IMG/VR virus record: IMGVR_UViG_3300028423_000586
Location: 4,943-68,942 of that record
From: a virus
Length of the DNA stretch: 64,000 nt
Direction: 5' to 3' (one strand)
Part shown: positions 38,956-47,469 of the stretch, piece by piece
Position numbering within the stretch: the stretch's first letter is position 1
How the letters are laid out: each line of letters starts with the position of its first letter
Notes under the pieces: generated by a model
The model's database searches: none
What the model saw: the letters and a program-made list of their open reading frames with translations, nothing else
What the model was told of the DNA's origin: nothing
Position numbers and translations under genes: made by a program

Positions 38956-39103
38956 TGGAGTCGTAGTAGATATAAATAAAAATCAAATAGCCCTTATTGA
39001 ACCAACAGATAAGGGTTACTGTTTATTTATGACTAACGGAACAGAAATAACTCTAGACAAGATAGAGTACCTACGTATTTGTGAAGAACTCTATGAAAAA
39101 TAG
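38930..39103 (+). CDS. Hypothetical early protein
   Basis: SD AAGGA before ATG 38930. Confidence 0.6.
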   Translation: MWMKIVTRNGVVVDINKNQIALIEPTDKGYCLFMTNGTEITLDKIEYLRICEELYEK

Positions 39104-39108
39104 AGTCT

Positions 39109-39128
39109 TCGCTTTGCTCTGTTTTGGG
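39109..39128 (+). promoter_or_regulatory. Candidate early (vRNAP) promoter 3
   Basis: TCGCTTTGCTC-TGTTTTG-GG upstream of the RNAP II operon. Confidence 0.65.
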
Positions 39129-39151
39129 TGTTTGTAATAAGGAAATAACCA

Positions 39152-39376
39152 ATGTTAAAGAGCAGTAAGAAAGTCGATAGTGTAGCTATATGGGGTGTTA
39201 TTCTACTTCTTATTATATCTACATATACCATGCATGAATTCTTAGTTATGTATAAAGAAGAGAAACGTGTATGGGAACAGGAAAACCAATGTGTAAGAAC
39301 GTTAGTAGCTAAAGGTATTGAACGTAGATACATAGCTACTGGTGGTGGAACATGTTGGTCAATTGAACCTAAATAA
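39152..39376 (+). CDS. Small membrane-anchored protein
   Basis: One TM helix, C-terminal Cys pair. Confidence 0.7.
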   Translation: MLKSSKKVDSVAIWGVILLLIISTYTMHEFLVMYKEEKRVWEQENQCVRTLVAKGIERRYIATGGGTCWSIEPK

Positions 39377-39397
39377 AGTACTAAGGATTCCCCAATT

Positions 39398-40285
39398 ATG
39401 AACTTAGAGAAATTAGCTAAAGACCATGAATTAGATTTATTACGTCATGGCTTTGATGAATTAACTAAAGCTCCATTAAAGTACTTAAACGAAATAGACT
39501 TAGATAGCGTAAACCTAGAAGATGAAGAACGTAGTGAACTATTTGATTGGTTACATCAAGATAAGCTAGATGAAATTGTATATAAGCTAGTAGCTAGGGT
39601 AGTTATGGATGGTTCTGTAACTGCTCAAGCACTAGTAGGTATGATGTTTAATAAAATTAGATACCTTAAATCTAGGCAACATATCCTTGATATTATGCTT
39701 AATGCTGTATCTAGTAATAAATTCATAGAAGTTAAACGAGTAGGTATGTACCTAATGTTTACTTGTAAGAATAAACTACCTAAAGAAATAGCTGATAAGC
39801 GTAAGAAACTAAGTTATGTATTACCTAGTATTGATATTCCTCTGAAAGTAACTAATAACTCAATGATTGGTTATAGGACTATCAACCAAAGTATTATTTG
39901 TGGTGGTGTACTTAAACATCATGATAAACCTTTAAACCTTAATCATATCAACCGAGTTAATAGAACTCCTTACCGATTAGAAAACCGTATTCAATTCCTA
40001 GTTAAACCTCAATTTGATTCTGAACCAAAGATGAAAGATGACGGTAATATGGAAACAGAAAAAGATGTATCTAAACGCTTTGAAACATGGACTCAGTTAA
40101 TGACTGAAATCCCAGAAAAAGCAAAGATTATGGTAGAGAACGGTAACCGTTTCTATATACACCACAGATTCGATAATGGAGGTAGATGCTATACCAAAGC
40201 ATTTCATTTTAATTATCAGGGCATAGCTTATTGTAAGGCTATGGTACAAGCGTATAACCGCGAAATAGTAGAACCGGAGTTTTAA
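39398..40285 (+). CDS. RNA polymerase II subunit 1 (N4 gp15-like)
   Basis: NRFYIHHRFDNGGRCY...NYQG (variant of the DxRGR motif of T7-type RNAPs). Confidence 0.88.
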   Translation: MNLEKLAKDHELDLLRHGFDELTKAPLKYLNEIDLDSVNLEDEERSELFDWLHQDKLDEIVYKLVARVVMDGSVTAQALVGMMFNKIRYLKSRQHILDIMLNAVSSNKFIEVKRVGMYLMFTCKNKLPKEIADKRKKLSYVLPSIDIPLKVTNNSMIGYRTINQSIICGGVLKHHDKPLNLNHINRVNRTPYRLENRIQFLVKPQFDSEPKMKDDGNMETEKDVSKRFETWTQLMTEIPEKAKIMVENGNRFYIHHRFDNGGRCYTKAFHFNYQGIAYCKAMVQAYNREIVEPEF

Positions 40286-40287
40286 TT

Positions 40288-40641
40288 ATGAATAACCCAC
40301 CAAGCAGTGTATTACTAATGAGCATCATTAGTATATTAGTTAAGCATTACCACCCAGTATCTTTGGAGTATAACCATGAAGCAGGTACAGTAATGTATCG
40401 CTTACATACAGGTCATAAGTCAGATATTACTCTACATATGGAAGGTAATATTTTAATAGTTTTAACTAGATACAACGGTAGAGATGAAATCAATACTCTA
40501 GATGACTTACTAGATATTCATAGCTACTGGTTTAATGATGCTACTAGTAGAGGTTGGGGTAAGATTTACTGCTCTGACGGATTTAAAGCACTGTATGCTG
40601 TAGCACTACGTGATTACCCAGAGGACACTAGTAATGATTAG
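40288..40641 (+). CDS. Hypothetical protein between the RNAP subunits
   Basis: Packed ORF. Confidence 0.7.
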   Translation: MNNPPSSVLLMSIISILVKHYHPVSLEYNHEAGTVMYRLHTGHKSDITLHMEGNILIVLTRYNGRDEINTLDDLLDIHSYWFNDATSRGWGKIYCSDGFKALYAVALRDYPEDTSND

Positions 40642-41065
40642 ACATGGTACAGAGCCTTACTTAGAGTGTTCAACCAAAGGTGATAAAAGGTTTAGTGCCT
40701 TTTGTGCTCGAATAAAATCAGCTAAAAACAAATCAATAGAGGAATTATATCAAGCAAGTAAAGTATTTCCTGATGGTACTACCGGTTTAACTTGGCGTGA
40801 AGCCAAAGGTAAGAAAGCCGTTAATATGAAAGAATGTAATAAGTATTACTCAGCACTATGGGTATATTACATTGTATGTGAAAACCCTAATTTACTTGAT
40901 GTGTTAAAACAAGCTTCAGGACTATCGGATATATTCGGACAAAAACACAGATGTTGTCAGGCTACAGAGTTATGGGACATCAGAAACAAGTATATATCCG
41001 GTAAAGATATGAATTTAGTACTACAAGATGCTAAAGAAGTAATCTACCTGATGAACCGAAAATAA
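40634..41065 (+). CDS. NADAR-like (DarG1-type) ADP-ribosyl hydrolase candidate
   Basis: LECSTKG..FSAF..SIEELYQASKVF...CQA resembles DarT1-associated NADAR motifs. Confidence 0.55.
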   Translation: MIRHGTEPYLECSTKGDKRFSAFCARIKSAKNKSIEELYQASKVFPDGTTGLTWREAKGKKAVNMKECNKYYSALWVYYIVCENPNLLDVLKQASGLSDIFGQKHRCCQATELWDIRNKYISGKDMNLVLQDAKEVIYLMNRK

Positions 41066-41094
41066 TTGATTCCCCAAATCAAAGGAAACCTACT

Positions 41095-42357
41095 ATGAAA
41101 CCATTATTCACTGCGGCTCAATGGAGCTTAATTGATTTAGCAAACCAATTTGGTTTAGACAAGAAACCATTTGAAGTACGTCTTCAGTGGGGTAGAGAGC
41201 AATTAGTTAAAATACGTAAATGCGCAGGTATGTTAGACCTAAGTAAGCATTTCGATGACATTATTAAGAAAGCTGATGAGCCTGAACTATTTACTGCTGC
41301 TCTACTTAATGTATGGGATATAGTTAATGGTCGTCCTTCAGGTCACTTTATTGAATTGGATGCTGCTGCTAGTGGTCCTCAGTTATTATCCGTAGCTACT
41401 CGTTGTATACGTGGTATGACTATTACAGGTGCTATCAGTGATAATGTACCAGACCTATATACAACGATATTTGGTATCATGCGTGAAGAAGTACCTAACA
41501 TGGCTGTAATCAAACGAACCAACGTTAAGAAAGCAACAGTACCTTATGTATATGGCTCTGGTAAAGCACCTAAAACGGTATTTGGTGACTTCCATAATCT
41601 ATTCACAGAAGCTTATTACAAAGCAGTACCAAGAGCTGAAGTAGTTAAGAACCTGTTAATTAATGCATGGGACTCTAATGCTACTTACTATGAATGGGAA
41701 TTACCTGATGGTCATACAGCTCATATCAAAGTAATCCGTGATGAAAGTGAAGTCTTCTACTACAACGGTAAACGTTTTACCTATGTATATGAAGACTTAG
41801 GTGCTAAGAAGAAAGGTGAAGAAGGAACCAAGGCATTAGCTGCTAGGGTTACTCACTCATTCGATGCTTACGTATTACGTGAAACTGATGCTCGTACTGA
41901 CTATAACCTTCATCAAATGTTAGTAGCTAAAGAAGCATTAGAAGCTTACTTAGCAGGTGAAACTCAAATAGGAACCATGACTGAAGTAAAACGATTAGAA
42001 CGTCTATCTAAGAAATTTAAGATGGTATCTATTCGTGGTGCCGAAGAAATCAAACGTGGTTACTTAGATGGTATCGACAAGATGTACGCTAGGGAACTTC
42101 TAGAAATTGTTAATATCACTCTAAATGAAGATGAACCTGCACAGCTTAAGCTTATTCATGATGGCTATGGTGCTCTACCTAACCATGTGAATACCTGTAA
42201 GACTCACTACAACAACCTACTAGCTGAAACCTATATCGGTGAATGGTTACCCAAAGTAGTAGAGCAACTAACCGGTATTAATATGCTTAAAGATATGGAA
42301 CCGCCTAAAGCAGAAATCATCCGTAAACTACGTAATAGCAAATATGCTATTTCATAA
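41095..42357 (+). CDS. RNA polymerase II subunit 2 (N4 gp16-like)
   Basis: Motif A LDAAASGPQ, motif B R..VKKATVPYVYGS, THSFDA, motif C IHDGY. Confidence 0.92.
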   Translation: MKPLFTAAQWSLIDLANQFGLDKKPFEVRLQWGREQLVKIRKCAGMLDLSKHFDDIIKKADEPELFTAALLNVWDIVNGRPSGHFIELDAAASGPQLLSVATRCIRGMTITGAISDNVPDLYTTIFGIMREEVPNMAVIKRTNVKKATVPYVYGSGKAPKTVFGDFHNLFTEAYYKAVPRAEVVKNLLINAWDSNATYYEWELPDGHTAHIKVIRDESEVFYYNGKRFTYVYEDLGAKKKGEEGTKALAARVTHSFDAYVLRETDARTDYNLHQMLVAKEALEAYLAGETQIGTMTEVKRLERLSKKFKMVSIRGAEEIKRGYLDGIDKMYARELLEIVNITLNEDEPAQLKLIHDGYGALPNHVNTCKTHYNNLLAETYIGEWLPKVVEQLTGINMLKDMEPPKAEIIRKLRNSKYAIS

Positions 42358-42372
42358 TTCGCAATAAGACTG

Positions 42373-42406
42373 TAAACTCACCTAAATTTAGGTGAGTTTA
42401 TTTTTT
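42373..42406 (+). terminator. Rho-independent terminator
   Basis: TAAACTCACCTA-AATT-TAGGTGAGTTTA-TTTTTT. Confidence 0.85.
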
Positions 42407-42528
42407 ATTCTTTCGTGAATATGTACCGATATTCTAACTTTCTAAATTGACCAAAAAGGTACTATAGATAGGCGATAGTCTATACCTCCTTTTTTCGGTC
42501 TTTTCTATAGCCTAACTGGATACTAACT

Positions 42529-42900
42529 ATGTTTACTCATAATCACTCAGTGAATAAAGCATTAGCACTACACATTCAAGCTTCATTTAAAATTGAAAAA
42601 GCTATGCAATGGAAGCCGAAAGGCATCATTTAATTCAATTTACTTTTTATAAAACTAATTAGTTACATCATGGTTTACGTTGTTCTATACCCTGATGTTG
42701 ATAGTCATATCATGTGGTACGTTGGTCATTTCTTTGTGGTATTGGTATTAGGTACTATTGTACATAGGACAATGTGTACTCTATATCTAAGTTGGTTAAA
42801 AGAAATACCTAAGATACCTCAAGAATTACTTCGTGATGCAGGTTATACAGAAACCCACATAAGCAGGTTGGATAAGTCATGGTTCAGGAAACACATATAA
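42529..42900 (+). pseudogene. Membrane-protein gene interrupted by an in-frame TAA (42631-42633)
   Basis: ATG 42529 with SD is in frame with ORF 42670..42900; a single stop; hydrophobic residues continue across it. Confidence 0.55.
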
Positions 42901-43265
42901 ACAAAAATACACAAAAAGCTTTAGAAAACTTTATGCGTACTAATTGGAACAAAGTGTACACCTTAGACCAATTGCATAATCTAGGCTTTGGTGAAAAATC
43001 TACTATCGTATCTCGTATTAAAGTAAGTAATATTATTTACCGTGTATCCAGAGGTAAGTATCAATTCACACCTTGGAAAAGAGATAGTGCTAAACCAGCT
43101 AAAGTAGTAGTGCAGGAACTACTAGAGAATAATCCTGTCATTACTCTTTCTGAATTATCTAAGCAAGGTAACATCAGTATTGATACTGCACGAAAAGCGG
43201 TAGACCATCTAAGAGCAGACGGTAAATGCATAGTAAGAGAAGCGTCCTTCCGGTTAGTAGAATGA
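42879..43265 (+). CDS. Putative DNA-binding protein (tandem winged HTH)
   Basis: ITLSELSKQGNISIDTARKAVDHL HTH pattern. Confidence 0.6.
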   Translation: MVQETHINKNTQKALENFMRTNWNKVYTLDQLHNLGFGEKSTIVSRIKVSNIIYRVSRGKYQFTPWKRDSAKPAKVVVQELLENNPVITLSELSKQGNISIDTARKAVDHLRADGKCIVREASFRLVE

Positions 43266-43369
43266 TTAAACGTTTATACAGATATCAGTATTTACACTCT
43301 GATATTCTTAGTCTCTGGGTAGCTATAGTCTTATTGGTTGTAGCTACCTTCTTTTTTTGGTTCTCTTAA
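43262..43369 (+). CDS. 35-aa membrane peptide (not in ORF track)
   Basis: ATGA overlap; single hydrophobic helix. Confidence 0.45.
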   Translation: MIKRLYRYQYLHSDILSLWVAIVLLVVATFFFWFS

Positions 43370-43381
43370 AAGGAATAACCA

Positions 43382-43774
43382 ATGGATAACGTAACTGATT
43401 TTCCTTTATTCAATACTCTTTTTGCTACTCACAACATTAACCAAGTAGAGATAGTCACTACAAGACACGGTAACCCTAAAGTAGTATTCACTTCTGACTT
43501 TGATGAAAATGCTTGGTCTACTACACACCATATCCCTGTTACAACAGCACTTGATATTCTTAATGATTCCTTAAAACAGATATCAAGTCTCTACGCAGTT
43601 CAAGACACGTTAGGTGATTTGATGGTTAAGCACTATGGTAATAAAGCAGGTGTTGCTCGTTACTTAGGGCTAAATAGAACCACCGTAAGAACGGCTTGTG
43701 ATATAGGTGATGCAGGTCTCCTTGTGGTAAATAATGTTATTTACCGTTCTACCCAAAAACGTGTAAAAGGTTAG
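43382..43774 (+). CDS. Protein with C-terminal NinH-like HTH
   Basis: TLGDLMVKHYGNKAGVARYLGLNRTTVR resembles lambda NinH. Confidence 0.6.
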   Translation: MDNVTDFPLFNTLFATHNINQVEIVTTRHGNPKVVFTSDFDENAWSTTHHIPVTTALDILNDSLKQISSLYAVQDTLGDLMVKHYGNKAGVARYLGLNRTTVRTACDIGDAGLLVVNNVIYRSTQKRVKG

Positions 43775-43844
43775 TTTTCACCTCGTTTTTGTGGTTGTTT
43801 TGACAGCAGATGTAAAGTAACCCCATCTAAAATAAACTTTTCTG

Positions 43845-43873
43845 TTGCAATAGATTTAGATTTAATCTAACTT
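43845..43873 (+). promoter_or_regulatory. sigma70-type promoter of the sRNA/tRNA cluster
   Basis: TTGCAA-17 bp-TAACTT with AT-rich upstream sequence. Confidence 0.65.
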
Positions 43874-43880
43874 AATTAAA

Positions 43881-43950
43881 GTACTTTGATTGGGGAATCA
43901 AGGTAAGGGTATTAAGGTATCCTTGAATACTCCTTAACGGGAGTATTCTA
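43881..43950 (+). ncRNA. Candidate antisense small RNA / structured tRNA leader
   Basis: 10-bp hairpin with GGGG loop (43882-43905) plus two further hairpins; complementary to several RBS regions. Confidence 0.55.
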
Positions 43951-43954
43951 AACT

Positions 43955-44030
43955 GGTTACTTAGCTCAGTTGGTAGAGCAGGAGCGTCATGAGCTTCAGG
44001 TCATTGGTTCAAATCCAGTAGTAACCACCA
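43955..44030 (+). tRNA. tRNA with CAT anticodon (Met or Ile2), atypical anticodon loop
   Basis: Full cloverleaf, GGTTACT/AGTAACC acceptor stem, encoded CCA. Confidence 0.9.
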
Positions 44031-44031
44031 T

Positions 44032-44108
44032 AGCAGATTAGCCAAGTGGTCTAAGGCATCGGACTTTGATTCCGACATTCATAGGTTCGAATCCTATATC
44101 TGCTTCCA
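44032..44108 (+). tRNA. tRNA-Gln (TTG)
   Basis: AGCAGAT/ATCTGCT acceptor stem, loop CTTTGAT, TTCGAAT, CCA. Confidence 0.92.
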
Positions 44109-44116
44109 AATTTAAT

Positions 44117-44194
44117 GAGGGGGTAGCTCCAATTGGTTAGAGCGACGGATTCCAAATCCGTAGGTTCTTGGTTCGAATCCAAGTCCCTTTGCCA
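44117..44194 (+). tRNA. tRNA-Trp (CCA)
   Basis: ACGGA-TTCCAAA-TCCGT anticodon arm, G73, CCA; G-U-rich acceptor stem. Confidence 0.9.
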
Positions 44195-44196
44195 AA

Positions 44197-44667
44197 TACT
44201 CTATTCATCCTAAAGAGACTTGCATACGTCAGACTTTAAAGAATAGTGTATAGCTTCTAGTTAGATGTATACACTTAGGGCATCAAAGCTAATACCAATC
44301 CTAGTGAGTGTACGGAGAGGTAAAGTGGAGGAACACACTGAAGCAAATAACCACAATTTACGTACCAAACATTGGTATAAGACAAGGTGAGCAGAGGTTC
44401 GTTTGTAGGGAATTACACCTTGTCTATTTTGTTTAGTGCTTTAGTTTTATTGATTACGATACGTGTAAGGTAAGATAGTCAGTACTAGAGCACTAACCAG
44501 AATGAAGAATCCTACTCAGATATCTATGTAATTACCACTGCACCTTAGATGTCTGATTTGCCCAATGAGTAGTAGGATAATCGTGCCTCTGGGTTATTCT
44601 TGAATGATGCCTATCAAGCATACGATACGAGATAATCCGGTCAACAGACCCCTCATTGGGCATTTTT
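44197..44667 (+). ncRNA. Highly structured non-coding region after the tRNAs
   Basis: At least five long inverted repeats, no convincing ORF. Confidence 0.5.
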
Positions 44668-44685
44668 AACACAACAAGGATAGGT

Positions 44686-44871
44686 ATGACTGCACTATTG
44701 ATTGAACTAAAAAAGCTATTACTTCCATTCATGGCATTAATGGTTTTGATAGGAATGACACCTATCTTAATCGCAGCTTCACTCTATGAGTTATACATGC
44801 TCATTGCCCCAAAACCGATAGGCAATAAACCTCTACTTAAGAGAAGCACAGAGCTTTGGACTCTGGTATAA
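44686..44871 (+). CDS. Small membrane protein
   Basis: SD AAGGA/AGGT; hydrophobic. Confidence 0.6.
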   Translation: MTALLIELKKLLLPFMALMVLIGMTPILIAASLYELYMLIAPKPIGNKPLLKRSTELWTLV

Positions 44872-44877
44872 ATAAGA

Positions 44878-45102
44878 GTGAAGAATCAAGGACTAGAAAA
44901 CCCACCATGTGTGGGTTTTCGCACATCTGTAGGTAAGCCTATGGTTTCTAAAATACCAACAACCAAAGTACGTATCTCTCTGGTTATTACAGTACCTTCA
45001 AGTAAGGTAACTACTTTCCACCAAGATTTAATCAAACGTATGCATAAGTACTTAGCTAAATACGCAGTTAAAGTACATGCTGTTGATTCAATAATCGAAT
45101 AG
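44878..45102 (+). CDS. Hypothetical protein
   Basis: Fills the operon gap. Confidence 0.55.
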   Translation: MKNQGLENPPCVGFRTSVGKPMVSKIPTTKVRISLVITVPSSKVTTFHQDLIKRMHKYLAKYAVKVHAVDSIIE

Positions 45103-45127
45103 TATTCCCCAACAAAGTGAGAAATTT

Positions 45128-47128
45128 ATGAACTTCCAGAAATTCCGTGATGCTGTGTCAGCTCAGATTAACCGTATGGTTAACCAAAGTCCTGTACTAT
45201 TAGTAGTTTCTTTGGATAAAGAAGCTTTGTATTCTACCTACCTATCGGCTTTTCCTGAAGGTACTAACCCGCTATTTCGTGAACGTACAGAACATGACTG
45301 CAATTGCTGTAAAGGTTTTATCCGTAAGCTAGGTAACGTAGTTTCTGTAATTGATGGTGAGCTAGTATCTATCTGGGATATTGATATCACTGATGTAGAC
45401 CCTGCATATGCCACGGTTGCTAAAGCATTAAGTAAGTTTGTTAAGTCTCATAAAGTAGACAATGTATTACGTCTTGAGATCGTTACTGTAGGCGTTAAAA
45501 AGAACTTTGACTTACAAACTAATGACCAGTATGACCATTTCTTCCAAGAGATGCCATGTGGTTATGTAATTGATGTTCCTAATCATCCGCTTAACCTAGT
45601 AACCAACCATAAAACAGCATTGTCTAACTCTATGCAGATAGACAAAACCGCTATTGAGTTGGTACTAGAACTAGCTGAATCTGGTTCTCTTTACCGTGGT
45701 GAAGAAAAGATTCCTATGCTTAAAAAGTGGCTAGAGCTTAAAGGTCTTTACGATAATGTAGTACCTTCTTTGATTGATGCTTGGTTATTCGAAACCGCAC
45801 ACTTCTTAGGTGATTTCTCTAACCTACGTGGAAGTTCAATCGGTACTCTTGTAGAAGATATCTTTAAGGGAGTAGATATCAATGAAGCTGTATCTAAATA
45901 CGAGCGTATTGTAGCTCCTGAGAACTATAAACGTTCTTCTGCTCCTGTTACCCAAGCAATGATTAATAACGCTATGGAGACAGTTAATAAGCTTGGTATC
46001 GAAGAATCTCTAAAACGCCGTTTTGCTACATCAGATGACTTAACCATCAACAATGTACTATTTGCTGACTACTCAGTTAAACCTTCTATGGGTGTGTTTG
46101 ACGCTATTAAACCTACTGCTACTAACGTAGTACCTAACTTGGATAAGTTAGAGGAAGTACCTTTGGAAGTCTTCCTAAGCAAAATTCTACCTAAAGCAGA
46201 AAAGCTTGAAGTAATGGTATCTAATAACCAAGTGAATAACTTTGTTAGTCTAGTGGCTCCTGTAAATCCTGATGCCTCTAACATTCTTAAATGGGGTAAC
46301 AACTTCTCTTGGTCTTACAACGGCGATGTTACTGACTCGCTAATGAAAGAACGTGTGAAAGCAGCAGGGGGTAAAGTCGATGGTGACTTACGATTCTCTA
46401 TCCAGTGGAATGAAAATTTCAATGACTGTGATGTGGATTTGGATGCCCATGCTATTACACCTGACGCTCATATCTATTACATGAATGAGCATGATTCTCA
46501 TGGTGGTATGCTTGACATAGATATCCGTGTACCTCGACGTAAAGTAGCAGTAGAAAATATTACTTGGGCTGATAAAGATAAGCTGCCTGATGGTAAATAC
46601 CAGTTTTATGTGAATAACTATTCTGGTTTTTGTCAAGGCGGGTTTAAAGCTGAAATCTCATTCTTAGGTGAAACCTATGAGTATGTATACTCTAAGTCTA
46701 TCAACCACGGTAAGAATGTACCTGTATCTGAAGTCACTATCCTGAATGGCAAAGCAACCTTTAAGCACTTGATTGATTCCTCAACTTCTTCTCTTGAAGT
46801 TTGGGGTGTAAAAACTAATGAATTTATACCTGTTGAAACAGTATTAAATTCACCTAACCATTGGGACGGTGAAAAGACTGGTCTTAAGCATGTATTCTTT
46901 ATGCTGAAAGGTTGTGTTAACCCTAACCCTGTTCGTGGTTTATACAATGAGTTCCTATCGAACGACTTACACAAACATCGTAAAGTGTTCGAGCTACTAG
47001 GTACTAGACTACGTGCTGAGCACTCAGATAAACAACTAAGCGGTGTAGGATTCTCTACAGGTAAGTCAAATGAGCTTATCTGTAAAGTAACCGGCTCTTA
47101 CTCCCGTACAATCAAAATCATCTTTTAA
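45128..47128 (+). CDS. Large conserved phage protein with C-terminal YfaP/DUF2135-like domain
   Basis: HDCNCCK metal motif; W..DVDLDAH...GGMLDIDI...VENITW. Confidence 0.7.
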   Translation: MNFQKFRDAVSAQINRMVNQSPVLLVVSLDKEALYSTYLSAFPEGTNPLFRERTEHDCNCCKGFIRKLGNVVSVIDGELVSIWDIDITDVDPAYATVAKALSKFVKSHKVDNVLRLEIVTVGVKKNFDLQTNDQYDHFFQEMPCGYVIDVPNHPLNLVTNHKTALSNSMQIDKTAIELVLELAESGSLYRGEEKIPMLKKWLELKGLYDNVVPSLIDAWLFETAHFLGDFSNLRGSSIGTLVEDIFKGVDINEAVSKYERIVAPENYKRSSAPVTQAMINNAMETVNKLGIEESLKRRFATSDDLTINNVLFADYSVKPSMGVFDAIKPTATNVVPNLDKLEEVPLEVFLSKILPKAEKLEVMVSNNQVNNFVSLVAPVNPDASNILKWGNNFSWSYNGDVTDSLMKERVKAAGGKVDGDLRFSIQWNENFNDCDVDLDAHAITPDAHIYYMNEHDSHGGMLDIDIRVPRRKVAVENITWADKDKLPDGKYQFYVNNYSGFCQGGFKAEISFLGETYEYVYSKSINHGKNVPVSEVTILNGKATFKHLIDSSTSSLEVWGVKTNEFIPVETVLNSPNHWDGEKTGLKHVFFMLKGCVNPNPVRGLYNEFLSNDLHKHRKVFELLGTRLRAEHSDKQLSGVGFSTGKSNELICKVTGSYSRTIKIIF

Positions 47129-47137
47129 GAGGTCACT

Positions 47138-47467
47138 ATGACTAAACATGGTGGTATTGGTTTAGCTGCTAATCAAGTAGGTGTCTTAAAACGTATCATT
47201 GTAATGAAAGTACCTAAGTACAAAGGGTGTGTTATCAATCCTGTTATTACTCGACATGTTAAGAACACTATCGTAAGTACTGAAGGCTGTCTATCTGTAC
47301 CCGGTAAAAGAGTAGACATGAGAAGGTACAATAAAATTGTACTGGAGGGTTTCGATGAAAATTGGAATCCTCTTAAGCTAGACCTTAATGGTAAGTCTGC
47401 TTTTTGTGCACAGCATGAGATTGACCATTTAAATGGTATTACCATAGATAACCAAAAGGAAGATTAA
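47138..47467 (+). CDS. def: Peptide deformylase (N-terminally short)
   Basis: GIGLAANQVG, EGCLS, QHEIDHLNG. Confidence 0.9.
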   Translation: MTKHGGIGLAANQVGVLKRIIVMKVPKYKGCVINPVITRHVKNTIVSTEGCLSVPGKRVDMRRYNKIVLEGFDENWNPLKLDLNGKSAFCAQHEIDHLNGITIDNQKED

Positions 47468-47469
47468 CT

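Noticed and set aside
40286-41094. Intron or intein splitting the RNA polymerase
   Set aside because: N4 RNAP II is natively two genes; the intervening ORFs have their own starts and no splicing or endonuclease motifs
43886-43901. FNR box (TTGAT...ATCAA), also at 41066
   Set aside because: Spacers are 6 and 7 nt rather than the required 4
44330-44390. tmRNA-like tag frame (GCA AAT AAC CAC AAT..., ANNHN) after a pseudoknot
   Set aside because: The frame ends KHWYKTR rather than a hydrophobic/AA tail, and no tRNA-Ala-like acceptor or T arm flanks it
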